Positions 26,120 through 35,312 of a DNA stretch of 64,000 nucleotides are shown here, one piece after another (within the stretch, counting starts at the first letter, position 1; every line of letters starts with the position of its first letter). Location: the sequence record LC819008.1; one strand, given 5' to 3'. The translations under genes were made by a program, and so were the position numbers. Under the pieces are notes generated by a model. The model was not told the DNA's origin. It made no database searches and worked only from the letters and a program-made list of their open reading frames with translations.

Positions 26120-26278
26120 AGAAAAAGATCCCCGTCCAGACCCGAATGGGTCTGGATCGGGGCGACACTTATGACACGACAGGATCAACGGCTAAATCGG
26201 ATCACTCACCATGCCATTAGTCCCGAGAGAATAGCACCCGAGTCGAGGAGAAGACTCTGGAGATGGGCAGCTATTCAA
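26120..26278 (-). ncRNA. Candidate small structured RNA
   Basis: Lies between an exact TATATTAC and a terminator hairpin with U-tract; long 5' stem-loop; no ORF longer than 6 codons from the ATGs I read. Confidence 0.35.
26130..26160 (-). terminator. Rho-independent terminator
   Basis: TCCAGACCC-GAAT-GGGTCTGGA core with AAAAA on the plus strand (U-tract on minus). Confidence 0.7.
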
Positions 26279-26282
26279 TTAG

Positions 26283-26290
26283 GTAATATA
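26283..26290 (-). promoter_or_regulatory. phiKZ-type early promoter (TATATTAC)
   Basis: ATTTCACCGA-TATATTAC on the minus strand. Confidence 0.7.
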
Positions 26291-26303
26291 TCGGTGAAAT
26301 CAG

Positions 26304-27569
26304 TTACACCGCTGCCGGCTTGAAACGGATCGGCGGATGCGACTTGTAGTACACCGTCAGGCGAGTGGAGTCGAACTGCGTCACGTCTTCCAGAGTCGGG
26401 TCGACAATGATGCGAGCCGGTTCCATCGGCGTGCGATCCAGCTGCTTCTTCACGCCTTCATGCTGGTCGTGGTAGATATGGTAGTCACCCATGAAGTGGG
26501 TGTATTCCCACGGCACGAAACCCGTGACTTCAGCGAGCAGGTGGGCAAGCAGCGAATACATGCCGACGTTGAACACCGTGCCGAGCGGCACATCTTGCGA
26601 ACGCGCGAAGCATGCGAGCGAGAGCTTGCGTGCAGTGAAACCGCCGTCGAGGATCTTGTCGACTTCAAGTTGACCTGCTTCGGTGAGTTCCAGTTCGCTG
26701 TCGTTGCCCAGGTTGTACTGCATGTTCTTGCCGACGAGCAGACCGCGAGTCACGAGCTCGTTGTTGATGCGCGTCTTGTAGTACAATTCCTGCGCTTCGT
26801 GCGACAGGCCGCGCATTCCTCCGAAGACTTCCTTGAAGATTGCCACAGCGAAGTCTTCCTGATCCATCGCGTAACGCAGAACTTCAAAGCCCGTCATCGG
26901 AGCCGTATTGACCTGCCACATCGAATGACAAGGAGCGAGTGCCATGCGACCGGCGTCTGCGTTCTGTGCAGGAGTCATCGACGTATCGGGCAAGAGGCCC
27001 GCGTGCCACACATTCACAACCAGACGACGGCTGTCCGGATTGTTCTTCAGTTCGTTGACGATGTTCGACAGTTGATCGACGCCACCAGAACCACCTTGTT
27101 CGAACGACTTGGTCTTTTCGGCCAGGAACGACTTGACGACTTCGAGGGCCGCAGTTTCCGTAAACGACCAGTTGTTATCGGAGTAACGATCGATTTCCGT
27201 CTCGAACATCTTTTCCAGACGCTTTGCGTCTTCGCCTTCCAGCTTCGTCAGGCCAGTCGTCCAGTTACGCCACTGTTCGCCGTACATCGGTCCGATCGTG
27301 CCGCTTTCCGGACCCATCCACGAGTTCCAGATCTTGTTGTCACGGTCTTGTAGCCAGTCCACCGAGACGATGCCCTTGAGCATCCATTCGAGTTCTTCGG
27401 CGATCTTCTTCCATGCCACTTCACGTGTGGTCGGAATCGGCCAGATGCCGTGACGAAGCGAGAACTTCATCATGCCGCCGAACTTCGAAGTCGTACCCGT
27501 GCCGGTACGATCGGTCTTCACATCACCCGTTTCCAGGATGTCTTTCAGTACGTCGAGATACTGTTTCAT
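26304..27569 (-). CDS. thyA: Thymidylate synthase with two large insertions
   Basis: DRTGTGT, GPMYGEQWR, NPDSRR, ALAPCH (catalytic Cys), RSQD, FNVGMY (dUMP-specifying Asn), GDYHIY. Confidence 0.95.
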   Translation of the reverse strand: MKQYLDVLKDILETGDVKTDRTGTGTTSKFGGMMKFSLRHGIWPIPTTREVAWKKIAEELEWMLKGIVSVDWLQDRDNKIWNSWMGPESGTIGPMYGEQWRNWTTGLTKLEGEDAKRLEKMFETEIDRYSDNNWSFTETAALEVVKSFLAEKTKSFEQGGSGGVDQLSNIVNELKNNPDSRRLVVNVWHAGLLPDTSMTPAQNADAGRMALAPCHSMWQVNTAPMTGFEVLRYAMDQEDFAVAIFKEVFGGMRGLSHEAQELYYKTRINNELVTRGLLVGKNMQYNLGNDSELELTEAGQLEVDKILDGGFTARKLSLACFARSQDVPLGTVFNVGMYSLLAHLLAEVTGFVPWEYTHFMGDYHIYHDQHEGVKKQLDRTPMEPARIIVDPTLEDVTQFDSTRLTVYYKSHPPIRFKPAAV

Positions 27570-27602
27570 TTATTTTTCACCAAAAAAAATACTGCTATTA
27601 AG

Positions 27603-27983
27603 TTACAGACGAATTTCCATGACCGACAATCGAGTGCCGGGCTTAATGATCACTCGTTCGGGAAGAGGAATACAACTAATCTGTTCGAGATACTTTTTGA
27701 AGTAATACATCGTCTCTTCAACTCGCAGCAGATAGGACATTACATCCGCTGGGAGTCTGCCGAGTCTTTCTCTGATGTCGATTTCAACATCGTCCAGGAA
27801 CTCACACAGGACGTAATCAAAATCGTCGCCATCTCGAACCATTTGCCCTTGCAGTCTTTCGACCAATTCCTCACAGAGTTCGAGATAATCGTATTCTATA
27901 AAAATCGGCTGTTCTTCTCTTAACAACCGACTGATGCGTCTTTTCTCGTAAGTATCACCGACGAGGTAGCGGGTTTCTCGCAT
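27603..27983 (-). CDS. Acidic hypothetical protein
   Basis: 126-aa ORF. Confidence 0.6.
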   Translation of the reverse strand: MRETRYLVGDTYEKRRISRLLREEQPIFIEYDYLELCEELVERLQGQMVRDGDDFDYVLCEFLDDVEIDIRERLGRLPADVMSYLLRVEETMYYFKKYLEQISCIPLPERVIIKPGTRLSVMEIRL

Positions 27984-28333
27984 TTGCGTATCAATCCGAA
28001 AAGCGACAACGGACTAACGTTGTGGATCTCGAAGTCTCCTAATGAATCTAGAAGTTCGAACTGTTGCAACTGTCTAACCATTTGCTTAGCCAACTTCGCA
28101 AGCTTCCGTAGAATCTTGTTGGCCTTTTCAAAAGTATTTCCTTGAGCATAAAGATAGCGACGGGTGCCTTCCAGGTAGTATCTCAAACTTTTGGAAGACT
28201 TCTTCACGCCGAATACTCGGCTCACCCGAAGGTGTTCGTAAAATCCTTCCAGAAGTTTAAAATATCGCCGCTTAAAGCGAACGAGCTTTGGGACTGGCTT
28301 TTTAAAGCCAAAAAGAAGAATGTCTGTTTTCAT
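27920..28333 (-). CDS. Basic hypothetical protein (low GC)
   Basis: ATG 28333 (MKTDILL) just downstream of an early promoter motif; weak SD. Confidence 0.5.
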   Translation of the reverse strand: MKTDILLFGFKKPVPKLVRFKRRYFKLLEGFYEHLRVSRVFGVKKSSKSLRYYLEGTRRYLYAQGNTFEKANKILRKLAKLAKQMVRQLQQFELLDSLGDFEIHNVSPLSLFGLIRKCEKPATSSVILTRKDASVGC

Positions 28334-28374
28334 GCCAATGAAAGGTTGATATGAAATCAACTTACAACAAAGTT

Positions 28375-28382
28375 GTAATATA
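28375..28382 (-). promoter_or_regulatory. phiKZ-type early promoter (TATATTAC)
   Basis: Exact motif, intergenic, downstream of a terminator. Confidence 0.65.
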
Positions 28383-28419
28383 TGGCTGATCAAAACTGGA
28401 ATAAAATGGACATAAAGGA

Positions 28420-28446
28420 TACCAGGAGGCACGAAGCCTCCTGGTA
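28420..28446 (-). terminator. Hairpin terminator
   Basis: TACCAGGAGGC-ACGAA-GCCTCCTGGTA. Confidence 0.75.
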
Positions 28447-28471
28447 CTCTCACTCAGTCCTGACTAGCAGG

Positions 28472-28561
28472 TTACTTCACGAACAACCACGGAAAGCACA
28501 TTTCCCAACATGCTTGTACCATGATGCCGTAGGCAAGGCCCATCTGTGCCGGAAGCCACAT
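28472..28561 (-). CDS. Small hydrophobic peptide (29 aa, not in the ORF track)
   Basis: MWLPAQMGLAYGIMVQACWEMCFPWLFVK; GAGAGG SD; starts 1 nt after the upstream stop and precedes the terminator. Confidence 0.5.
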   Translation of the reverse strand: MWLPAQMGLAYGIMVQACWEMCFPWLFVK

Positions 28562-28562
28562 G

Positions 28563-28886
28563 TTACACCTCTCGTTCGTTGATCTGCTTGTGTTGCAGAC
28601 CGAGCAGTTCGCGAGCAACATCCTTGGGAATGCCGACAACGCGAACTGCGAACCAGTAAGCGTGGGGCATCGGTTTCATGCTGATGGGACCCATGCTCTC
28701 GACGTACGCGTCGTACTTGGACTTCATGATGCCTGAGTTCAGGAAGTCCTTCAGCTTCTGGCGATTGGCCGGATCTTCGCTGTTGATCAGGAAGCTCATC
28801 CCCGTGATGTACGCCGATTTCTCGATGTCCGTCAACAGGTCAAAAGCTTCCGGCGTCAGCGCTGCATCGGTGACGATCACTGCCAT
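28563..28886 (-). CDS. Hypothetical protein
   Basis: 107 aa; GC-rich codon usage. Confidence 0.7.
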   Translation of the reverse strand: MAVIVTDAALTPEAFDLLTDIEKSAYITGMSFLINSEDPANRQKLKDFLNSGIMKSKYDAYVESMGPISMKPMPHAYWFAVRVVGIPKDVARELLGLQHKQINEREV

Positions 28887-28889
28887 GAC

Positions 28890-30176
28890 TTACGCCTTTT
28901 CGAGCGCGTTGAATTCGCCGGTGATCTTGGCGAACTGGTCGTTGGTCAGCTGGAAGATGACGCGAGCGATGTACAGTGCGTGCGAGATCTTTTCGCCGGG
29001 TTCGAGCGTTTCGTTCAGGCGTTGGTATTCGCCTTCCAGAATGCCCGAGTTCAGTACGTCACGCACCAGCGGCCACTTGCTTTCATCGCTGCACTGCTTC
29101 TCGATGACGGCCAAGTACACACCCTTCTCTTCCATCGACAGATCGTCGAACTCTGCCTTGGTCAGGAGGTATTCACCCAACACGCCGCGCTGCGAAGCGT
29201 ACGACACCACGGCGCCCGTTTCTTCACGCGGTACTTCGATCGTGTCGCCTGCGAAGTCGCCGGCCTTGACGCCCGAGTCCAGGATCTGCTGAGCGAATTC
29301 TTCCACGCCCAAACCAATCTGCGTTGCACCGTTTTCGACCGGAGCGAATTCGATAGCCGGCTGTTCTTCGACACGACGCGGTTCTTCGACTTCCGATGCG
29401 AGGTTCGTCGGAGCAGGCTGTTCCTTCTTGGCCTTTTCCTTCTTCTTGCCTGCGCCGTTCTGCTGGCCGTTGTTGAACTTTTCGCCGAGAGCTTGCAGGC
29501 CCGCGCCGACGTAGTTCTTGAACTGGCCGTCGCTGAACGTCAACTTCGGGTTGAACGCGAGTGCCGGCAGATTCTGCTTGATCTTCGACAGGATTTCCGC
29601 TTGCAGGCGGTCCGGACCGATGAAGTCCGCGAGATCGACGACGGGCGAGACGATCGTGAATTCGAAAGCTTGATCAGCGTCGCTGCCTTCCTTCAGCCAG
29701 AGCTTGCCCTTGATGCCGTCGACCTTCGGGCCGTTTTGCACGCCGCGGATGGCGTTGAACCACACGAGGTTGCCCAGCGGGACCTGGATGGTTTCGACGA
29801 GCGGCTTGTTGCGGCCATGCGAGACCGACGAGTAGTCGACGCGGTTCGTGTTCAGTTGCAGCAGGTTGCGAAAGAGCGTGGTCAGCTGGCTTTCCGACGG
29901 CAGGGACGGCGCTTCGGTCAGACCGTAGTGGTTCTTGAACGAGTCGCTGTTGACGAGTGCCGACAAAGCGTTCGCGAGCTTCGTGACGAGGTCCTTCACG
30001 TTCTTGCGATGCTTCTTCAGTTCCGCCAGGTTGCGGTGCAGACGCCAGTAAGCGACTTCGCCGTTGGGCAGCTTGACAGCACCCGAGGGCAGGTCGGCCG
30101 ACAGCGTGTTGAAGATCTTCGGCAGCGGCAGGAACTGGATGGTCTGGCCTTCGACGGTGCGTTGGAGTTTGCTCAT
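28890..30176 (-). CDS. Hypothetical protein, strongly biased codons
   Basis: 428 aa, very high GC3, Lys/Glu/Pro-rich linker between two domains. Confidence 0.8.
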   Translation of the reverse strand: MSKLQRTVEGQTIQFLPLPKIFNTLSADLPSGAVKLPNGEVAYWRLHRNLAELKKHRKNVKDLVTKLANALSALVNSDSFKNHYGLTEAPSLPSESQLTTLFRNLLQLNTNRVDYSSVSHGRNKPLVETIQVPLGNLVWFNAIRGVQNGPKVDGIKGKLWLKEGSDADQAFEFTIVSPVVDLADFIGPDRLQAEILSKIKQNLPALAFNPKLTFSDGQFKNYVGAGLQALGEKFNNGQQNGAGKKKEKAKKEQPAPTNLASEVEEPRRVEEQPAIEFAPVENGATQIGLGVEEFAQQILDSGVKAGDFAGDTIEVPREETGAVVSYASQRGVLGEYLLTKAEFDDLSMEEKGVYLAVIEKQCSDESKWPLVRDVLNSGILEGEYQRLNETLEPGEKISHALYIARVIFQLTNDQFAKITGEFNALEKA

Positions 30177-30344
30177 GATGTACTCTTGAGTGAGATTTTT
30201 GAAAGTCCCGAATATCGGGCACGGTAAATGACTGGATACGCTCAGTCAGCTTTTCCAGCGAATGGATCGGTTTTAAGTCAGCACGTGAAACAGATGCGTA
30301 TCATGCCAAATCATAACGACATCTCAGTAGAAAATAACTTAGTA

Positions 30345-30368
30345 GACAAGGAGCCGAAGCCCCCTGTC
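30345..30368 (-). terminator. Hairpin terminator with UUCG loop
   Basis: GACAAGGAGC-CGAA-GCCCCCTGTC (G-U pairs on the minus strand). Confidence 0.6.
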
Positions 30369-30374
30369 TTTTTG

Positions 30375-30788
30375 TTATAGTGAATGGTACAAATGCACGG
30401 CCCAGTACATGATTTTTCGCTTCCACCACGGAGTACCCAGTACCTTCATGGCTTTCTCGAAAATCAGGTCGACTTCGTCTTGCGAAATCTTCAGAACCGG
30501 ATTATCCCCGTTCCTCGTCAGTGCGAGAGTCGTGCACAGGTAATCGTGCGTAACTGCTGCCTGACCGTACACACCCCAGGGAGGAAAGATTCCCCACAGA
30601 AGACGCGGAACAGTTGCGCCATCCGTGATGAACCCTTTCGGGACGGTAACGTATTTTTGGTCTGTGACCTCTCCGATGAAAAACGTGAACGTATCATCGG
30701 TATGCCAGAGGTCTTTGTCTTTTGCTTTCGACTGTGCTTCGTCGTAAATGATGCCGACGTCGTTGTCGAATGAACCCACGATTGCCAT
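30375..30788 (-). CDS. DUF1353-family protein
   Basis: VTVPKGFITDGATVPRLLW...AAVTHDYL...DLIFEKAM...WWKRKIMYWAV signature. Confidence 0.85.
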   Translation of the reverse strand: MAIVGSFDNDVGIIYDEAQSKAKDKDLWHTDDTFTFFIGEVTDQKYVTVPKGFITDGATVPRLLWGIFPPWGVYGQAAVTHDYLCTTLALTRNGDNPVLKISQDEVDLIFEKAMKVLGTPWWKRKIMYWAVHLYHSL

Positions 30789-30824
30789 ACTCTCTCACTT
30801 GGCTGTTAAACCAAATGATCATAA

Positions 30825-30852
30825 ACTAGAGAGGGCTTTCGCCCTCTCTAGT
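30825..30852 (-). terminator. Hairpin terminator
   Basis: ACTAGAGAGGGC-TTTC-GCCCTCTCTAGT. Confidence 0.75.
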
Positions 30853-30866
30853 CTACGTTTCGTTAA

Positions 30867-31535
30867 TTACGACGGAAGAGTGATCTCTGCCGGAACTGCC
30901 GGGAGGTCTGCTGCCGTAGCAGCTTTCGTCACAGCGTCCTTCAGTGTCCAGCCCGCGCCCAAGAAGCCAAGATACGCTTCGTAGGCTGCATCCGACAAGT
31001 CCACGATCTGTGCCGGAGTACACATGTGGGTCACGTTCTCCCAGTCACGGAAAGGCATCACCGCATCGGTAACGCCCTGAGTGACCAGCTTGTCCGCGCG
31101 AATGCGGGCGCTGGCGATATTACCGCGATCACCGTCCCGCAACTGCACATGACCAGCCACATCGGAGAACGCGAACGAGAAGCCCTTTTCCAGAGCAGCC
31201 GTCAGTTTGTTGGTGATGTCCGTCATCATGGCCGTCTTCGTGACATCCAGCTGCGATGCCAGTTCATCGGCCGTGAACGTGCGAACGTTCCAGACTTGAG
31301 ACCACACGCCGTTTGCGAAGACAGGATCGCCTTCGGTCACGACGTCTCCCGTTGGCTGAGCTACTTCCTGAACGATGAAGTAACCCAGACCGTTGAGGTA
31401 TTCCTCTTCGGTTTCGTCCGGGAACGAGATGTTGGGGTTGTCCTGCCGCACTTGACCCATGTACACGGGATAGGTGTTGGCTTGACCTTCCGCACCGATT
31501 TTGATCAGGCGGGTAGACGCGTTGATGGTCGTCAT
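30867..31535 (-). CDS. Tail fibre assembly-type protein with DUF4376-like C-terminus
   Basis: N-terminal YPV...NPNISFP and VWSQVWNVR; C-terminal FRDWENVTHMCTPAQIVDL...LKDAVTKAATAADL; directly downstream of the fibre gene. Confidence 0.7.
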   Translation of the reverse strand: MTTINASTRLIKIGAEGQANTYPVYMGQVRQDNPNISFPDETEEEYLNGLGYFIVQEVAQPTGDVVTEGDPVFANGVWSQVWNVRTFTADELASQLDVTKTAMMTDITNKLTAALEKGFSFAFSDVAGHVQLRDGDRGNIASARIRADKLVTQGVTDAVMPFRDWENVTHMCTPAQIVDLSDAAYEAYLGFLGAGWTLKDAVTKAATAADLPAVPAEITLPS

Positions 31536-31550
31536 GTTTGTTAGCTCCTA

Positions 31551-34500
31551 TTAGTTCGGAACCGAGCCGACCCATTCCGTACCGTCCCAGTTCAGGACAA
31601 CGGTGGTCGTGCTGTTGGTCAGCGGAGGCGCCGAGCCGTCGAACCAACGGATGGTGTTGGTCCAGGTCATGGCGTTCGTCTTGCCGTAGATCTTCACGAT
31701 CACGGTCGTCGTGCGGTCCGCTGCCGGGAGGTTCGTCATCGTGATCGCAGCAGCAGCCGTATTCTGGATACGGAACGTACGCGCAACCGAGAGGTCAAGC
31801 GTAACCGCACCAGCGGAGATCGCAGCATCGACAGCCTTCAGAGTGTAGGTATCCAGACGAGTCCAGGCACCGCTCTTCATGATGTACGTGCCCGTATCTG
31901 CCGGGATCGTATCAATCAGGGTATCTTGCACCCACAGACCGTTGGACAACACGTAATGCTTACCCGTGTTATCCGTCGGCAAGGCGTTCACGACCGAAGG
32001 CAGGTCCACCCAGCCCGAGTCGTTGTAGCCACGGTATTTACCCGTTGCTGCCGGAGCGTTCAGGTTACCCCCGCCGATGTGACCCAGCGATGCCCAGGTG
32101 GACGTCGAGGTCTTGCGGAAGAATTCCTGCGTGTTGCTGTTAAAGAAGTAGTCGCCGACGTTACCGTCTTGCGCTTGCGGATCGCGCGTGAGCACAATCC
32201 AGAGCGTACCTTGCGGACCAGTCGGACCTGCAGGACCCGTGAGACCTTGCAGACCACGCAGACCCTGGATACCCTGCGGACCTTGAGCACCAACCACGTG
32301 ACCGAGGTTGAACCACTGCGAAGTGGTCGACAACCAGATCCAGCAGTTGTAAGTGCCAGGCGAGGACGAATCCGGAATCGCATAGCCCGTACCAGCGGTA
32401 CCCGTACCCGGGAGTTGGCTGGAATCGCTCAACGTGCCGATGATCGAAATCGCCGGACCCGTCGGGCCTTGAGGGCCAGTCGCACCATCTGCGCCTGCAG
32501 GACCTTGCGGACCCGTGGTCAGGGTGATGTAGTCGTTGATGGTTGCGCCGGGGGAGAGCTTTCCGGCTGCGATGGCGTCCTGGACCGCAGAAGCGCCGGT
32601 AGGACCGACAAGCGAGGCGAGCCACTGGGCTTGCGTACCCACAAATCCGCCAGCGACGGCTGCTTGGTAGGCGCTCTGGCCAGTTGCGCCAGTTGCGCCA
32701 GTGTTACCTGTGTCACCTTTGGGACCCTGTGGACCTTGGGCCACCGGACCTGCATCGACCCAGGTGGTACCATTGTTGATGAAGATGTGACCAGCAGCGG
32801 TCGCCACTTGGGAAAGCGTACCAGCAGGGATCGCACCGGAGCTTGCGAAGTCGCCGATGTAGGCGAGACTCGTACCAGCAGGACCCGTTGCACCCGTGTT
32901 ACCGGTCGGACCAGTTGCCCCGGTAGCACCCGTAGCACCAGTATCGCCCTTCGCACCCTTGAGGGATGCGAGCCATGCCGTGACATCGCCAGCGAAGCCT
33001 TGAGCCACAGCAACCGTATAGGCGCTGTCGCCTTGCAGACCCTTCAGCGACGCGAGCCACTGAGCCTGGGTACCGGCAAAGCCAGCATCCACAGCGACTT
33101 GGTAAGCGGACTTACCATCGGCACCAGTCGGACCCTGCAAGCCTTGCGGGCCTTGCACACCGATCTGACCGTTGTCGGTCCAGCCGTTGGTTGCATCCCA
33201 CAAGTAGATGTGGTTGGTATCGGTCGTGGTAGCAGCAGCGCCCGTGTGCGTTCCCGTCGGCAGAGCAGCAGCATTCGCAAACTGACCGATGTACGTGAAA
33301 CTCACGCCATCTGCGCCCTTAAGCGAAGCCAGCCATTCCGTCACAGTGCCAGCGAAACCAGCAGCTTGCGCTTGCTGATAGGCCGACAGACCGTTGGTGC
33401 CGTTCGTACCGTTTGCACCACGCCACTGACCCATGTTGACGAACTGAGCCGTCGACGAGTTGTAGACGTAGATGAAACCACCGATTTCGTAAGCATCGCC
33501 ATTGGCGTTGCCCGAGCTCGGCAGCAGACCGGTATTCGCAAGCGAACCCTTTGCGTTGACAGGTTGACCAACCGGACCTTGAGCGCCAGTAGCGCCAGCA
33601 GGACCCGTCAGGTTGCCCATGTCGACCCAGGCAGCACCATCCCACGAATACAGGTGACCCTGTACGCCGTAGGAATCGCCCACGCTGTTGCCAGCCGAAG
33701 GCAGTGCACCGACGTTTGCGACAGTGCCCTTCGGCTTCATCGCATTACCGGCAGGACCCTGCTCGCCTTGAGGACCGGTTGCACCCGTATCACCCTTCGG
33801 ACCAACGTTGCGGCCGAGGTTCACGAACTGCGAGTTGATCCAGACGTGGAAGTCATAGCCGTCCGTGTCGTTACCGACCAGATAACCATGGTTGTTGGTG
33901 CCCGTTGCCGGCAAATCGCCAGTCGTTGCAACCGTACCGTCAGCCACGAACGAAATCGCCGTATCGCCCTTGGCACCTTGCGGACCAGTGATGTACGTGA
34001 TGAACTTCGCGAGCGTGTCGACTTCCGGGTGTTGAGCGCGAACGACGTCCCATGCGGACGAGCCTTGCGGGCCCGTTGCGCCGGTCGGACCAACAGGGCC
34101 TTGCAGACCTTGTTGACCTTGAAGCTGCCATGTCGTACCCTGCCACACATACATGACCGTACCAACCAGCCATGCATCGCCGTTACGCTGACCGGAAACC
34201 GGCAGGTAGTCCGACGAGGGGAGTGAGCCGAGCACCGTGATACCCGAGCCGTCTTTACCAGGCAAGCCCTGGAAGTCACCCATGTCGGTCCATTCACCGT
34301 TCAGGTTCATCCAGACATGCGTGCCGACGAAGAAGTAGTCGGCTTGTTCGTAGCCCGAAACATCCGGCAGATCTGCCGACGTATTCACCGAACCCACGAG
34401 ATGGCCGAGCACTGAGCTTTGGCCTGCGGGACCGGCTGCACCGGTATCGCCCTTGGCACCCTTCAGGCTGGCAAGCCAGCTGGTCAGGTCACCGGAATAA

Positions 34501-35261
34501 CCTTGTGCGACTGCATCCTGGTAGGCGGAGTTACCCGTCGGACCAGCAGCGCCTGCGGCACCCGTATCACCCTTTGCGCCCTTGATGACGGAACCAGCAG
34601 GCCATGCACCACCAGCCTTCGGACCATACATCGTGGACGTTGCAGGATCGTAGGCGTAATCGCCATTCTGACCCGTACCAGCAGCAGGTGCGCCGTTGGT
34701 CGTGAGAAGCGTGTTGCCGTTCGTGCCAGCAGCACCGGTATTGCCGGTGTCACCTTTCGCGCCTTTGAGCACCACACCTGCCGGCCATGCGCCTGCGGAC
34801 TTCGGACCATAGATGGTCGAGGTAGCCGCATCGAAAGCCAGATCGCCGTTGTTGCCAGTGCCGTTTGCGGGTGCACCACTGGTAGCGATGATGGTCTTGC
34901 CATCTGCACCTGCGGCGCCTGTCGCGCCTGCTGCTCCCGCAGCACCCGTTGCACCTTTGAGCGATGCGACCCAGGTTGCTTCCGTACCGACGAAACCCTG
35001 GTCGAGTGCCGACTGGTAAGCGGACTTACCGTTTGCGCCAACGAGGCTTGCCAGCCATTGAGCTTGCGTTCCCGCAAAGCCTGCGTCTTGTGCGACCTGA
35101 TAGGCCGACTTGCCGTTCACCGAAACACCGGAGAGCGGGACCTTCTGGCTGGACGTTTGACCAACCACGTGAACTTCGATATACGAGTTCGCGAGATCGA
35201 TTTGGCCAGTCAGTGGGTCGAGCTGGAGGATGGTTTTACCCACCACATTCGAATCCGCCAT
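31551..35261 (-). CDS. Collagen-like tail fibre protein
   Basis: Many G-X-Y runs, repeated SAYQxA...WLASLKG modules and a C-terminal [10 protein letters not shown]...WFDGSAP domain typical of fibre tips. Confidence 0.85.
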   Translation of the reverse strand: MADSNVVGKTILQLDPLTGQIDLANSYIEVHVVGQTSSQKVPLSGVSVNGKSAYQVAQDAGFAGTQAQWLASLVGANGKSAYQSALDQGFVGTEATWVASLKGATGAAGAAGATGAAGADGKTIIATSGAPANGTGNNGDLAFDAATSTIYGPKSAGAWPAGVVLKGAKGDTGNTGAAGTNGNTLLTTNGAPAAGTGQNGDYAYDPATSTMYGPKAGGAWPAGSVIKGAKGDTGAAGAAGPTGNSAYQDAVAQGYSGDLTSWLASLKGAKGDTGAAGPAGQSSVLGHLVGSVNTSADLPDVSGYEQADYFFVGTHVWMNLNGEWTDMGDFQGLPGKDGSGITVLGSLPSSDYLPVSGQRNGDAWLVGTVMYVWQGTTWQLQGQQGLQGPVGPTGATGPQGSSAWDVVRAQHPEVDTLAKFITYITGPQGAKGDTAISFVADGTVATTGDLPATGTNNHGYLVGNDTDGYDFHVWINSQFVNLGRNVGPKGDTGATGPQGEQGPAGNAMKPKGTVANVGALPSAGNSVGDSYGVQGHLYSWDGAAWVDMGNLTGPAGATGAQGPVGQPVNAKGSLANTGLLPSSGNANGDAYEIGGFIYVYNSSTAQFVNMGQWRGANGTNGTNGLSAYQQAQAAGFAGTVTEWLASLKGADGVSFTYIGQFANAAALPTGTHTGAAATTTDTNHIYLWDATNGWTDNGQIGVQGPQGLQGPTGADGKSAYQVAVDAGFAGTQAQWLASLKGLQGDSAYTVAVAQGFAGDVTAWLASLKGAKGDTGATGATGATGPTGNTGATGPAGTSLAYIGDFASSGAIPAGTLSQVATAAGHIFINNGTTWVDAGPVAQGPQGPKGDTGNTGATGATGQSAYQAAVAGGFVGTQAQWLASLVGPTGASAVQDAIAAGKLSPGATINDYITLTTGPQGPAGADGATGPQGPTGPAISIIGTLSDSSQLPGTGTAGTGYAIPDSSSPGTYNCWIWLSTTSQWFNLGHVVGAQGPQGIQGLRGLQGLTGPAGPTGPQGTLWIVLTRDPQAQDGNVGDYFFNSNTQEFFRKTSTSTWASLGHIGGGNLNAPAATGKYRGYNDSGWVDLPSVVNALPTDNTGKHYVLSNGLWVQDTLIDTIPADTGTYIMKSGAWTRLDTYTLKAVDAAISAGAVTLDLSVARTFRIQNTAAAAITMTNLPAADRTTTVIVKIYGKTNAMTWTNTIRWFDGSAPPLTNSTTTVVLNWDGTEWVGSVPN
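31700..35130 (-). repeat. Protein-level modular repeats within the tail fibre (approximate bounds)
   Basis: About 7 clear SAYxxAxxxG[FY]xGxxxxW[LV]ASL modules, about 8 GxxxxxxxLP...W beta modules and 3 GxxGD[LY]x[FY] modules, separated by collagen triplets. Confidence 0.8.
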
Positions 35262-35312
35262 GGATTGCTCCCATTTCCTGTAAAAAATTATCTATCGATT
35301 GCGAAAAAAAAT

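Noticed and set aside
21599-26210. Shared 11-mer GATCACTCACC at 21599-21609 and 26200-26210
   Set aside because: A single short same-strand match found after the fact; not enough to claim a regulatory link without further evidence.
26304-27569. ThyA as a dCMP or dUMP hydroxymethylase for DNA hypermodification
   Set aside because: It keeps the Asn of the dUMP-specific FN motif and all canonical ThyA motifs; no glycosyltransferase or kinase partners were recognised nearby.
30177-30345. About 170-nt leader with short hairpins upstream of 28890-30176
   Set aside because: Only weak 5-bp stems and no riboswitch consensus I can recognise; treated as an ordinary promoter and leader region.
31551-35261. 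Repetitive DNA in the fibre gene as a possible CRISPR array or diversity-generating retroelement target
   Set aside because: The repeats are protein-level and codon-diverged, with no identical repeat-spacer periodicity. No reverse transcriptase or adenine-specific template/variable repeat pair was seen.
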